64,000 nt of DNA from NCBI GenBank assembly GCA_020350725.1, contig CP070719.1:1515404-1579403 (forward strand). The letters are read 5' to 3'. This document shows positions 1 through 9,775 of this stretch, piece after piece (within the stretch, counting starts at the first letter, position 1; every line of letters begins with the position of its first letter). The notes under the pieces are model-generated. The model saw only the letters and a list, made by a program, of their open reading frames with translations. It was not told where the DNA came from and searched no databases. The translations under genes and the position numbers were made by a program. The stretch comes from a bacterium (lineage in GTDB: Bacteria > BMS3Abin14).

Positions 1-1368
1 AGCGTCTCCCCCGAGGAGATCGAGAAAAAGACCCGCCGGATAGTCTACGAGAACGAATACACCGTGCTGCCCAGTCCGCCTCCCCGCAAGAAGAAGATGG
101 ACATCAACGAGGAGTCCATTGACCTCCACCACCGCTACCAGGGGGTTCTTGAGATCAAGGTAAAAGTGCCCATCAAGGATGAATTTATCCTTAACCGCCT
201 CTACCTTCCCCCGGAGGCCGCCGAAGCAAGCATCCTGCTTTCGAAGGAGCCCGACAGAGTCTACGACCTGACCTGCAAGAGCAACCTCGTCGCCATCGTA
301 TCCGACGGGAGCGCGGTCCTGGGTCTGGGCAACATCGGACCCCGCGCGGCCATACCGGTCATGGAGGGCAAAGCCATTCTCTTTCACACCTTCGCCGGAG
401 TGGAGGCATTCCCGGTCTGCATCTGCACGCAGGATGTGGACGAGATCGTCGACCTCGTCAAGGCCATTTCGCCCACGTTCGGGGGAGTCAATCTGGAGGA
501 TATCTCAGCTCCAAGGTGCTTCGAGATCGAGGAGAGGCTGAAAAAGGAGACCGACATCCCCATCTTTCACGACGATCAGCACGGTACGGCCGTCGTCGTC
601 CTCGCCGGGCTCATCAACGCACTGAAGATTACCGGCAGGGAGCTGTCCAAGGTCAGGATCGTCATATGCGGAGCCGGAGCGGCCGGGATTGCGGTGGCCA
701 AACTCCTCCTGATCGCCGGTGTCGGGGACATCATCCTCTGCGACATAGGCGGTACCCTTTACAGGGGAAGGAAGGAGGGGATGAACCGGGTCCAGGAGGA
801 GATGGCCGAGATCACCAACAAGGACCTGGTCAAGGGCGATCTCGCCACGGCCATGAAGGGAGTGGACGTGTTCATGGGATTGTCCGCGCCGGGTATCGTG
901 AGCCGGGAGATGGTCAGGAGCATGGCCCCGGATCCCATTGTGTTCGCCATGGCCAACCCGGTACCCGAGATCATGCCGGATGAAGCCAGATCCGGAGGCG
1001 CCGCGATCGTGGTGACCGGCAGGTCGGACTTTCCCAACCAGGTTAACAACAGCATGGTCTTCCCGGGTATCTTCAGGGGGGCCCTGGACGTCAGGGCCAG
1101 GAATATCAACGAGGAGATGAAGATGGCCGCCGCCCACGCCATAGCCGACTTTATCGACGACGGTGACCTCAGGCCTGATTACATCATACCCAGCACAATG
1201 AATTTCAAGGTGCCGCCCCAAGTGGCTGCAGCAGTGGCGAAAGCCGCCGTTGAGACGGGTGAGGCGAGGATCAAAGTGGCACCGGAAGATGTCGCCGCTC
1301 AAACCCTCGAATACCTATACGAAGGCCACATGCGCTATTTCAAGGGGAGGATAGAGTCCGGGAGGTAG
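1..1368 (+). CDS. Malic enzyme (NAD(P)-dependent), 5'-partial; visible part is probably the second domain of a tandem-domain protein
   Basis: Motifs [54 protein letters not shown]. Frame +1 is open from base 1 ([20 protein letters not shown]...), so the true start lies upstream of the window. Confidence 0.9.
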   Translation, partial: SVSPEEIEKKTRRIVYENEYTVLPSPPPRKKKMDINEESIDLHHRYQGVLEIKVKVPIKDEFILNRLYLPPEAAEASILLSKEPDRVYDLTCKSNLVAIVSDGSAVLGLGNIGPRAAIPVMEGKAILFHTFAGVEAFPVCICTQDVDEIVDLVKAISPTFGGVNLEDISAPRCFEIEERLKKETDIPIFHDDQHGTAVVVLAGLINALKITGRELSKVRIVICGAGAAGIAVAKLLLIAGVGDIILCDIGGTLYRGRKEGMNRVQEEMAEITNKDLVKGDLATAMKGVDVFMGLSAPGIVSREMVRSMAPDPIVFAMANPVPEIMPDEARSGGAAIVVTGRSDFPNQVNNSMVFPGIFRGALDVRARNINEEMKMAAAHAIADFIDDGDLRPDYIIPSTMNFKVPPQVAAAVAKAAVETGEARIKVAPEDVAAQTLEYLYEGHMRYFKGRIESGR

Positions 1369-1641
1369 GCCGCGGGCGCCGAGGCGGGGCCGGAGAGTCC
1401 AGGGTCCGGAATCCGGGTTCCGGTGGCTGATGCATGGCTCCCTGTAAAGTAATGGTTACATTTAAGAACAGGGACCTGGAAATCAGGAAAGCGGTGATCT
1501 CGATGCACCGTACGGGGAGCAGCAGTTTGTAAGGTATGACCGTTCATTGCTGACTTGATCTCCCTTTGATCTCCTCTTTGGCCCTCTGCGGTGCGAGTCG
1601 AGGAGAGTGGCCTCTGTTTTCCCTGTGGGCAAAGTTTTTCA

Positions 1642-3096
1642 ATGTGGATTTTGGAACCTGGAATCGGGAATTTGGAACCGAGCGCTAAGTTAGACAGAAA
1701 AAACCGCACCAGAATAAGACAGATCGTCGGCCCAGACCACTGCTCGGACAGCAGTGAGGATCTGTTCCTGTATGCCTACGACGCCCTGAACCGGCGCTAT
1801 CTTCCCGACATGGTGGTCCATCCCGGCAGCGCTCGGGAGATCTCGGAGCTCCTCAAGCTGGCCAACGAGGCTCGTTTTCCCGTGGTTCCCCGGGGAGCCG
1901 GCACCGGTTTGACCGGCGGATCCCTCGCCGTGGACGGCGGCCTGGTGGTCACCACCAGGCGACTGGACAGGATCCTTGACATCGACAGGGACAACATGAC
2001 GGTCTGGTGTGAGGCGGGGGTGGTGAACGGCGATCTCCAGGCCGAAGTGGAAAAGGAGGGTCTCTTCTTCCCGCCCGATCCGGCCAGCATGAAGTTCTCC
2101 ACCATCGGCGGCAACGCGGCCGAGAACGCCGGCGGGCCGAGGGCGGTCAAATACGGGGTGACCAGGGACTACGTCATGGCTCTGGAGGTTGTCCTGCCCA
2201 CAGGGGAGATCCTTCACACCGGGTCTTCAGCCATCAAGAGCGTCACCGGATACGATCTGACCAGGCTCATGGTGGGATCCGAGGGGACCCTGGGGTTCAT
2301 CACCAGGCTCCTTCTCCGGCTGGTCCCCAAACCGGAGACCGTCAGGGCCATGCTGACCGTCTTTCCTGAGACCCGAATGGCCTCCAATACCGTGGCCCGC
2401 ATCATGTCCAGCCGGATCGTCCCCTCAACCCTGGAGTTCATGGACAGGTCCGCCATCGACTGCGTCAAGAACTACCTGGACATTGAGCTGCCTGACGATG
2501 CCGCGGCGCTGCTGCTCATCGAGGTCGACGGCCGAGCCACCTCCGTGACCGAGCAGATGGCGACCATCCAGTCGATCTGCCGGGAGGTGGGGGCAAACCT
2601 GGTCCGGGCGGCGGATTCGGAGGAGGAGAGGGAGTCGCTGTGGACCGCCAGGCGGTCCCTGTCGCCGGCCATAATGAAGATACGCCCCCTTAAGATCAAC
2701 GAGGACGTGGCGGTGCCGAGGATGAAGATCCCCGAGCTGATCGAGGGTGTTGAGGAGATCGCCAGGTGCCGGGACCTGATCATCGTCAACTTCGGGCACG
2801 CCGGCGACGGCAACGTCCACGTCAATCTCCTTGTCGACCCGGAGGATCGTGATGAAGTGGCCAGGGCCCACAGCGCCGTGGAGGACCTGTTCAGGCTGGT
2901 GGTTTCCCTGGGCGGCTCCCTGTCCGGCGAGCACGGCATCGGTATCGCCAAGGCTCCCTATCTGGCTATCGAGCTGGACGAGACCATGATCTCCGTCATG
3001 AGACGCATCAAGGGTGCCCTGGACCCCAACAACATCCTCAATCCCCACAAGACCTTCGATTTCGATCCCTCCGTCACCTCCAGGGAGTTCAGGTAG
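1642..3096 (+). CDS. glcD: FAD-linked oxidase, GlcD/D-lactate dehydrogenase family (start uncertain: 1642 ATG or 1672 TTG)
   Basis: PRGAGTGLTGG, FPPDPAS, STIGGN, KYGVTRDYV, GSEGTLG, GHAGDGNVH, GEHGIG motifs. Confidence 0.88.
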   Translation: MWILEPGIGNLEPSAKLDRKNRTRIRQIVGPDHCSDSSEDLFLYAYDALNRRYLPDMVVHPGSAREISELLKLANEARFPVVPRGAGTGLTGGSLAVDGGLVVTTRRLDRILDIDRDNMTVWCEAGVVNGDLQAEVEKEGLFFPPDPASMKFSTIGGNAAENAGGPRAVKYGVTRDYVMALEVVLPTGEILHTGSSAIKSVTGYDLTRLMVGSEGTLGFITRLLLRLVPKPETVRAMLTVFPETRMASNTVARIMSSRIVPSTLEFMDRSAIDCVKNYLDIELPDDAAALLLIEVDGRATSVTEQMATIQSICREVGANLVRAADSEEERESLWTARRSLSPAIMKIRPLKINEDVAVPRMKIPELIEGVEEIARCRDLIIVNFGHAGDGNVHVNLLVDPEDRDEVARAHSAVEDLFRLVVSLGGSLSGEHGIGIAKAPYLAIELDETMISVMRRIKGALDPNNILNPHKTFDFDPSVTSREFR

Positions 3097-3100
3097 ACAG

Positions 3101-4498
3101 ATGCCCAAGAGCAAGGACCATCGCCTGCCGACCAATATCTCCTCGAAGTGCGTCAAGTGCGGCACCTGCCACTCCGTATGTCCGGTGTTCGATGCCGTCC
3201 CCACGGAATCCCACACGGCGAGGGGGAAGATGGCCCTCATCGAGGCAGTGGCCCAGGGTCGTCTGGAGGAGTCGGAACGTTACCGGGATTACCTGGAGGC
3301 CTGTCTTCTCTGCGGGGCCTGTCAGGAGGCCTGCCCCAACGAGGTCCCGACCCTGGCGGCGATGCTCGAGGCGAGGGAGAGCCTGGCCGGCAGGATGGGG
3401 CTCAAGACAGGCAAGGGGATGATCCTCAACCACCTCCTGGCGACGGCGCGGGGGTTCCGACTGGCCATGAGGACCGGCCGGGCCGTGCAGGGCCTGATGT
3501 TCAGGAGGATCCCCGAGTCCAGCGGCCTGAGACGAAGGTTCCCTCTTCCCCTCATCCCGGAGGATCGGACCATTCCCGGCGTGGCCAGGGACTTCTTCAC
3601 CGATCTCTATACCGGTACGGTCAGGACGGGCAGCGGGCCGCGGGTGGGGATCTTCGCCGGCTGCATGACGAACTACTTCTATCCCGAGACCGGTGCGGAC
3701 ATGGTGGATCTTCTCGGCATGCTCGGGGCCACGGTGGTGGTCCCCGAGGGCCAGGTGTGCTGCGGCATGCCGGCCCTGGCAGGAGGGGCCAGGGACACCG
3801 TCCGCGATCTGGCCATGCAGAACCTGGAGGCCTTCGAGGAATACGACCTGGACGCCATCGTCACCGGCTGCGCCTCCTGCGGGGGAAATCTCAAGGACAA
3901 CTTCCGGGCTCTTCTCGCCGAAGCCGGTGCGTCTGAACCCCGTATCGAGGCCTTTCTGTCGAAAGTCATGGACATCAACGAGTACCTGGCCCGAATGGGG
4001 CTTCCCTCCCGGACGGGTGAGGGGGCGGATGAAGAGGCCGGCCGGGAACCCCTGACGGTCACCTACCACCATCCCTGCCACCTGGGCAGGCTCCAGGGGG
4101 TCAAGGAGGAGCCTGTCCGGCTTATCCAGGCGCTGCCGGGGGTGCGGTACGTGCCCATGGAGGAGGCCGACCGATGCTGCGGCATGGGTGGGTCGTTCAG
4201 CATCGAGAACTACGACATCAGCAAACGGATCAACGACCGGAAGGTGGACCGGATCCTGGAGACGGGGGCGCAGGCGGTGGTGACTTCCTGTCCGGCCTGC
4301 ATCCTCCACATCCGGGACGGCCTTCGACGGAGGGGACGGGCGGACGTGGAGGTCCATCACGTGGCGGAGCTGATCACCAGGCGGATGGAGGAGGAAGAAG
4401 TGGAAAGTGGAAAGGAGAAAGGGGAAAGCGGACGCGGGGACGCGGAGACACGGGGGCGGGGGGAAGAGGTATCCTGCGAGGGGGAGAGAGGCGGATAG
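3101..4498 (+). CDS. glcF: Fe-S subunit, GlcF family (two 4Fe-4S motifs plus two CCG domains)
   Basis: CVKCGTCHSVCP, CLLCGACQEACP, CCG twice, HHPCH, TSCPAC; ATG at 3101 just after the glcD stop; low-complexity C-terminal tail. Confidence 0.88.
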   Translation: MPKSKDHRLPTNISSKCVKCGTCHSVCPVFDAVPTESHTARGKMALIEAVAQGRLEESERYRDYLEACLLCGACQEACPNEVPTLAAMLEARESLAGRMGLKTGKGMILNHLLATARGFRLAMRTGRAVQGLMFRRIPESSGLRRRFPLPLIPEDRTIPGVARDFFTDLYTGTVRTGSGPRVGIFAGCMTNYFYPETGADMVDLLGMLGATVVVPEGQVCCGMPALAGGARDTVRDLAMQNLEAFEEYDLDAIVTGCASCGGNLKDNFRALLAEAGASEPRIEAFLSKVMDINEYLARMGLPSRTGEGADEEAGREPLTVTYHHPCHLGRLQGVKEEPVRLIQALPGVRYVPMEEADRCCGMGGSFSIENYDISKRINDRKVDRILETGAQAVVTSCPACILHIRDGLRRRGRADVEVHHVAELITRRMEEEEVESGKEKGESGRGDAETRGRGEEVSCEGERGG

Positions 4499-4755
4499 GG
4501 CGAGGGGACGAAAGGGCGAGAAGGTGACGCGGAGTCGAAGTGAGAGACCCACAGGCCCCTTCGACGTTATCCAGGTGCTAAACCTGCCGTACAGCATGCT
4601 GAGGGTTCAACTCTTTGTCCATGAGCCTTGAATACTGAATCCTGAATACTGACTCCCTTCTGCTCTTTCAGATGTCAAAACCTTCTCCCCAGATCCGAGA
4701 TTCAAGACTCCTAAGCCTTGAACCTTTTCCCTTTCACCTCGATCCCCCCTCTCCC

Positions 4756-4784
4756 TTGACAAAGCCGGGTGCGGGTGTTAGGTA
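4756..4784 (+). promoter_or_regulatory. Putative sigma70 promoter for tRNA-Met
   Basis: TTGACA-17 bp-TAGGTA with TG extended -10, 13 bp upstream of the tRNA. Confidence 0.55.
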
Positions 4785-4797
4785 AGAACTCCTTTGA

Positions 4798-4874
<77 letters not shown>

Positions 4875-4883
4875 AAATTCAAT

Positions 4884-4915
4884 AAGCCTCCCACAGAGGG
4901 AGGCTTTTTATTTTT
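4884..4915 (+). terminator. Rho-independent terminator after the tRNA
   Basis: AAGCCTCCC-acaga-GGGAGGCTT followed by a T-run. Confidence 0.85.
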
Positions 4916-4944
4916 CCCACGTCGAAGCGACAGCCAAGTCGGAC

Positions 4945-4972
4945 ATAAAAGCCCTCTTGGGAGGGCTTTTAT
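4945..4972. terminator. Second, bidirectional-type hairpin
   Basis: ATAAAAGCCCTC-ttgg-GAGGGCTTTTAT perfect inverted repeat. Confidence 0.65.
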
Positions 4973-5350
4973 CAATGTTCCGAACCCGGTCTTTAAAGTC
5001 CCACATCAGAACTCAAAACTGAAAAGCCGGCAAAAAGCCCTCATGATGCGGGGTAGGATCGCGGAGGAAATCCCGTCTGTCGTTGGGCACGGAACCCCAG
5101 CTCGATTCCAGCTGCCGGCCACTGGCTCTCCGTTCCCCAGGAAAGTATCGACGGGACCTGTGGAATCGTCTCGATCCCTGGCGGGCTGAGCGCCAAAACA
5201 TCCCGACCTCCGTTTCGTCGCGCCATCCTGTTCGCATCGTGGGGCAGAACACTGCGCACCCCCCTTCGCACCACCCTCCCATACCTCCTGGTAAAGAAGA
5301 AAATGCGATTGATTTCAATCAAGTAAGTGGAATTGCGCTCGACTGTTCCG

Positions 5351-5365
5351 TGGCACGGTCCTTGT
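5351..5365 (+). promoter_or_regulatory. Putative sigma54 (-24/-12) promoter
   Basis: TGGCACG-gtcc-TTGT (consensus TGGCACG-N4-TTGC); IHF-like AATCAAgtaaGTG at about 5317-5329. Confidence 0.4.
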
Positions 5366-5411
5366 AAACAACCAGGTAAAGGGGACACCGAGGAGAGCAA
5401 AGGAGGACCGG

Positions 5412-6074
5412 ATGTCATCGGTAAATATCCTGGGCAACGCAAGGGGACTGATCCGAGCCCGCCTCCTGCTCTTTCAGCTGTGGACGTGGCGGCTGACGGT
5501 GGAGGGGCGCGAAGCATTCGACACGCTGGTGAGGAACGGGGACCGGTTCATCCTCTGCTTCTGGCATGGAAAGTACACTCCCATCCTGCCCATCATGAGA
5601 GGTTTCGACGGCTGTGTGTTCACGAGCGCCACCAGAAAAGGGGACATCATCGCCAGCATCGTCCGCAATTTTGGTTTCAGGTGCACCCAGATACCGGACC
5701 GCGGCGGACAGAGATCGATGCAGCTTATGAAGGACGCCCTCTCGGAGGCCAGGGCGGCCGGAACAGCCGTGGACGGTCCTCTTGGGCCTTACCATCGCGT
5801 CAAGCATGGGGTCGTCCGGCTCGCGTCCGAGCTCGGTTATCTCCTTTTGCCGATCTCGGTGGATGCCCGTGGTAAATGGGTTCTGGAGAAGCGATGGGAC
5901 CTGATGGAGATTCCTTACCCTTTCACCCGGGTCTGCCTCGTCATCGGCGAACCGATCGCGGTCCCTTCCCTCCTCGGGCCGGAAGGTATCGCTGCCTGGT
6001 CTTCCAGGCTCGGAAAGGCCCTGGATTCACTGGATGCGAGGGCCGCAAGACTGGTCCGGGAAAAGAGGAGGTGA
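5412..6074 (+). CDS. DUF374 / lysophospholipid acyltransferase family protein
   Basis: FWHG, AVDGPLGP and RWDLMEIPYPF motifs; AGGAGG RBS. Confidence 0.8.
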   Translation: MSSVNILGNARGLIRARLLLFQLWTWRLTVEGREAFDTLVRNGDRFILCFWHGKYTPILPIMRGFDGCVFTSATRKGDIIASIVRNFGFRCTQIPDRGGQRSMQLMKDALSEARAAGTAVDGPLGPYHRVKHGVVRLASELGYLLLPISVDARGKWVLEKRWDLMEIPYPFTRVCLVIGEPIAVPSLLGPEGIAAWSSRLGKALDSLDARAARLVREKRR

Positions 6075-6099
6075 ACAGGCCTTTTCCGACCGGAGTGCC

Positions 6100-7182
6100 A
6101 TGGATATGTCCGCCCGACAGAAGCACTTATCCCGGATGAAAAGCCCGGACCTTCCGGTGCGGATGCCGTTGTATCTCGCCATGGCCGGGATCTTCTTCGT
6201 CCTTTCCATCCTGACGATCTATCTCCTGCAGAGATATTTTCTCGAGAGCCGGATCCTGCTCGACTCAAGACTTCTCTCCCCCGGCGTCTTGACAGGTCTG
6301 GTCCTTCTCCTCCCCCTCTACTACCTTACCGACGGATTGAGACTCTACCTGGTTGTCAGGGCCATGGGTTACATCGTTTCTTTCCGGTTCATCATGAGGC
6401 TTGTTTTCGTGAACATCTTCTTCTCCAACGCGACCCCCATGGCGACGGGAGGCGGATTCATTCAGATCTATTTTCTGACCAGAAATGGTATCTCCATCGG
6501 CGAGGCCACCGCGGCAACCTCCATCAGGACCCTGTTCGCGGCCCTCAGCATGTTAACCCTTGCCCCTGTTTTCTTTTTCCTGGAACCGAACCTCTTCGAT
6601 CCCTTCCGCGACGGCAGGGTTTACGTATACTTCGTCGGCGTTGCCGGTCTTTACCTCACCCTGGTCTTCCTCGTCCTCTTCAGGGTCAGACTGTTCAAGG
6701 CTCTCCTCTATCGTTTGATGCGCTTCTTCCACCGGAGCGGGATCCTGTCGCGCAGGTGCTTCCGGAGGGTCTTTCTCAGGCTGTCCAGGGAAATGGGTTT
6801 TTTCTCGGAGGGATTCCGGCGCTTTGTTAAAGGTCCACCCCTATGCGTCCTCGGGGCTTTCCTCAGCACATGCCTCTTCCTGTTATCCCTCTTCTCCTTT
6901 TCGGTCGTCCTGATTAAAGGTCTCCAGTACGAGGTCCCGGCAGTGACCATATTCGCTATTCAGTCGGTGGTGACATTTTTTATGTATTTCACGCCCACGC
7001 CGGGGGCCGTGGGATTCGCCGAGAGCTCATATATGCTCCTCTTCTCAAAACTCGTCGGCCAGCATGATATCACCCTGTTGACCATTTCCTGGAGGTTCCT
7101 GACGATCTACATAGGGGTTCTGATAGGCATATTGGTCGCCTACCGTGAGATGTTCAGGGCCTGCATGAGGAGGCCGGGATGA
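6100..7182 (+). CDS. Lysylphosphatidylglycerol synthase TM-region (UPF0104, flippase-like) membrane protein
   Basis: Polytopic hydrophobic protein with NATPMATGG, PTPGAVGFAE and WRFLT motifs. Confidence 0.82.
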   Translation: MDMSARQKHLSRMKSPDLPVRMPLYLAMAGIFFVLSILTIYLLQRYFLESRILLDSRLLSPGVLTGLVLLLPLYYLTDGLRLYLVVRAMGYIVSFRFIMRLVFVNIFFSNATPMATGGGFIQIYFLTRNGISIGEATAATSIRTLFAALSMLTLAPVFFFLEPNLFDPFRDGRVYVYFVGVAGLYLTLVFLVLFRVRLFKALLYRLMRFFHRSGILSRRCFRRVFLRLSREMGFFSEGFRRFVKGPPLCVLGAFLSTCLFLLSLFSFSVVLIKGLQYEVPAVTIFAIQSVVTFFMYFTPTPGAVGFAESSYMLLFSKLVGQHDITLLTISWRFLTIYIGVLIGILVAYREMFRACMRRPG

Positions 7183-9485
7183 GCCGGAAACGAAAATACA
7201 GGGTACTCCTGACCACCATTCTTCTCCTGTGGACCCTGCTCGCCGGATACCGGGGGTATCTCCACCTCTTCGAAGAGGATTATTCGGGAATGAACGCCGT
7301 CAACCAGGGACACATTCAGACCAGGCTATATGGCAGGGACAGGTTCAGCTTTGCGGTGATAGGCAACGTGAGGAGTTCGATGAAGATATTCGACAGGAGG
7401 ATTGCCCCCCTGCTCAGGCAGGAGAAGGTCGACTTCATCATCTCGGCCGGCAACGCCGTGAACGGCGGTACGGAGGCGGAATATCGCCTCCTCAACCGCG
7501 GGTTTGGCCGATCGAAACTGCCATACATATTGGGCGTTGGTGTGAGAGAGGTGAAAAATTCCGGAACGGGGCGGTTCTACCGGCATTTCGGTCCCCTGTT
7601 CTTTACCATGGACGCAGGGGAGGCCTCCTTTATCTTCCTTGATTCAACGGGCGTGACGAACTGGGATTGGCAGGGGCATTGGCTGGAAGAGCAACTGAAG
7701 CGGACGGCGGGCGCGCGGTTCCGGTTCGCATTTCTGGACCACTCTGTCCTCGAGCCGTCCGATCCCGGGGGAGTCCGGTCCGAAAGGACCCTCGAGCCGG
7801 AGAAGGCCCGCTATCTCCAGGACCTTTTCGGAAGGTATGGGATCACCTGCGCGTTCTCGTCAGGACGCGGTGTCTATGGTCGACAAAGATCGCTCGGCGT
7901 GGAGTACGTGACGGTTGGTCCCGCCGGGGGGCTGATCCTCGGTGAAAGGGAGGAACGGTACCAGGTTTTCAGGGTTGACGTTTTCCCCGACCGTGTCGCC
8001 TTCTCCAACGTTGAGGTTCCCAGCAGGACGGGTCTCCTTGCCTACAGGATGGAAACCCTCGGCTACTTTCTCACCTCTTTCTTCCACATCAGCTTCGGAA
8101 AGTTCCTGTTGGTCCTGGGCCTCATCGGCCTGGCTGCCCTGAAGGTCTATTCCCAGATCGTCCGTCAGGAAAGACTCTACAGGGATTTCGATCTGGACGA
8201 GAACCGGATAACCAGCGAGCCGGTGCGGGTGGCCACCTTCACCGACAACTACCTCCCTTACATAGGCGGTGTCCCCATTTCGATCCGGCGCCTCAGTCAG
8301 GGACTCCTGGACAGGGGATCGGCAGTAAAGATCTTCGCACCTTCCTACGGCAACGGTTGTTCGGAGAAGGACAACGGCAACGTCTACCGCTGCCGGACCT
8401 TCTTTCTGGGGAAAAGGAATCGTTTGCCCGTCACGGACATCTTTTCAAAAAAGCTGGAGGAGGAGATGGACCGTTTCAAGCCGGACCTTGTCCACGTCCA
8501 CCATCCCTATTGGCTCGGCAACAAGGGCAGGAAGCTTGCTCGGAAGTTCGGCCTCCCCGTGGTGTTCACCTTTCACACGCGCCTGGACAAATACGTGCAC
8601 AATATCGCCCTGCCGGGCAACGCTCTCATGGAGACCGTTGCCCACTGCCTGATCAGGAGGTTTGCCAACAGGTGTGATGCCGTCATCGCGCCCTCTTTTT
8701 CCACGGAGGAGTATCTGAGAAGACTGGGGGTCCTCACCACGATCGAGTCCATCCCAACGGGCATAGAGATCGGGGAATACACCCTCTGTTGCCCCGATGA
8801 GGTCATGGATTTCAGGCGCCGTTACGCCGATGATTCCGAAAAACTCCTGATCAGCGTCTGCAGGATGGCCAGGGAGAAGAACCTCGACTTCCTGATCGAC
8901 GGGGTGGCGAAGGTCAGAGAGAAGACGTCGGTGCCCTTCCGGTGCATCCTGGTGGGAGACGGTCCCGAGAGGGCCCGTCTCGAAAGAAGGGCTGCCGGGA
9001 CCGGCATGGGCGGCAGGATCATCTTCACCGGGTCGCTGGAAACGCGTGACGTGGTCCTCGCCTACCTTGCTTCAGATCTCTTCGTGTTCGCCTCGACATC
9101 GGAAACACAGGGCATGGTTCTGCTTGAGGCCATGGCCGGAGGGTGCCCTGTGGTGGCCGTCAGCGCGAGCGGTGTCTACGACGTCGTGGAAGACGGCTTC
9201 AACGGTTTCAAGGTGCCCGGGGATGTGGATACCTGGGCGGAGGCGGTTGTCCTTCTTCTGGAAAACGGTCAGCTGGTCGATACCCTTTCCCGCAACAGCA
9301 GGGAATTCGCCGAAAATTATTCCGAAGACTGGATTACCGAGAGGGTCCTCAGGCTATACCGCCGGACTTTGCTCGTCAAGCAGGGTAGCAGAAGGGGGGC
9401 CTCCGATATGGGAATGACACCGAAATCGGGCGAAGAAAAGGTGAAAGACAGGGGACCGTGTCCCGAATGGCTGGGCCATGGATGA
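7179..9485 (+). CDS. Fusion: TM + degenerate calcineurin-like metallophosphoesterase + TM + GT4 glycosyltransferase (monoglucosyl-diacylglycerol synthase-like)
   Basis: C-terminal half has FTDNYLPYIGGV, HVHHP and FASTSETQGMVLLEAMA (E-x7-E); N-terminal half follows the phosphoesterase layout with altered motifs; ATGA overlap with the previous gene. Confidence 0.8.
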   Translation: MSRKRKYRVLLTTILLLWTLLAGYRGYLHLFEEDYSGMNAVNQGHIQTRLYGRDRFSFAVIGNVRSSMKIFDRRIAPLLRQEKVDFIISAGNAVNGGTEAEYRLLNRGFGRSKLPYILGVGVREVKNSGTGRFYRHFGPLFFTMDAGEASFIFLDSTGVTNWDWQGHWLEEQLKRTAGARFRFAFLDHSVLEPSDPGGVRSERTLEPEKARYLQDLFGRYGITCAFSSGRGVYGRQRSLGVEYVTVGPAGGLILGEREERYQVFRVDVFPDRVAFSNVEVPSRTGLLAYRMETLGYFLTSFFHISFGKFLLVLGLIGLAALKVYSQIVRQERLYRDFDLDENRITSEPVRVATFTDNYLPYIGGVPISIRRLSQGLLDRGSAVKIFAPSYGNGCSEKDNGNVYRCRTFFLGKRNRLPVTDIFSKKLEEEMDRFKPDLVHVHHPYWLGNKGRKLARKFGLPVVFTFHTRLDKYVHNIALPGNALMETVAHCLIRRFANRCDAVIAPSFSTEEYLRRLGVLTTIESIPTGIEIGEYTLCCPDEVMDFRRRYADDSEKLLISVCRMAREKNLDFLIDGVAKVREKTSVPFRCILVGDGPERARLERRAAGTGMGGRIIFTGSLETRDVVLAYLASDLFVFASTSETQGMVLLEAMAGGCPVVAVSASGVYDVVEDGFNGFKVPGDVDTWAEAVVLLLENGQLVDTLSRNSREFAENYSEDWITERVLRLYRRTLLVKQGSRRGASDMGMTPKSGEEKVKDRGPCPEWLGHG

Positions 9486-9564
9486 CGCCCGCCGGTTTTC
9501 ACGGTGCGACCCCCTGCCCGGCTGGCCACCTCCCGACAATCCCTCTCACCCCCTTTTCGTCTGT

Positions 9565-9620
9565 CCCTTTACCCTTTATCCTTTACCCTTTTCCCTTTCT
9601 CCTTTAACCTTTCCCCTTTC
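9565..9620. repeat. Heptamer tandem array (consensus CCCTTTA/C, about 8 units)
   Basis: cccttta cccttta tccttta ccctttt ccctttc tccttta acctttc ccctttc. Confidence 0.85.
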
Positions 9621-9775
9621 CCCTGTGTATTCAGCAAGGCGCCGGACCCCGGCAGGGGAATTGTGTCGAAGGGGTTGAAAATAGTGAAAGGATAGCTAAA
9701 CTATAATCGAATCAGTTGGCCGATGTAACTCTCGAGTTCTCAAGAACGAGCTCTTTCAGAAGGGAGGTATTGTAC

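Noticed and set aside
3089-4597. Long antisense ORFs (for example 502 aa here, 419 aa at 53518-54777, 643 aa at 59514-61445)
   Set aside because: They are shadow ORFs opposite well-supported genes, as expected in high-GC DNA, and carry no recognisable motifs.
5044-5054. TGATGCGGGGT duplicate of the tRNA-Met 5' end (possible att site)
   Set aside because: Only 11 bp, from the 5' rather than the 3' end, with no integrase nearby; compatible with chance.
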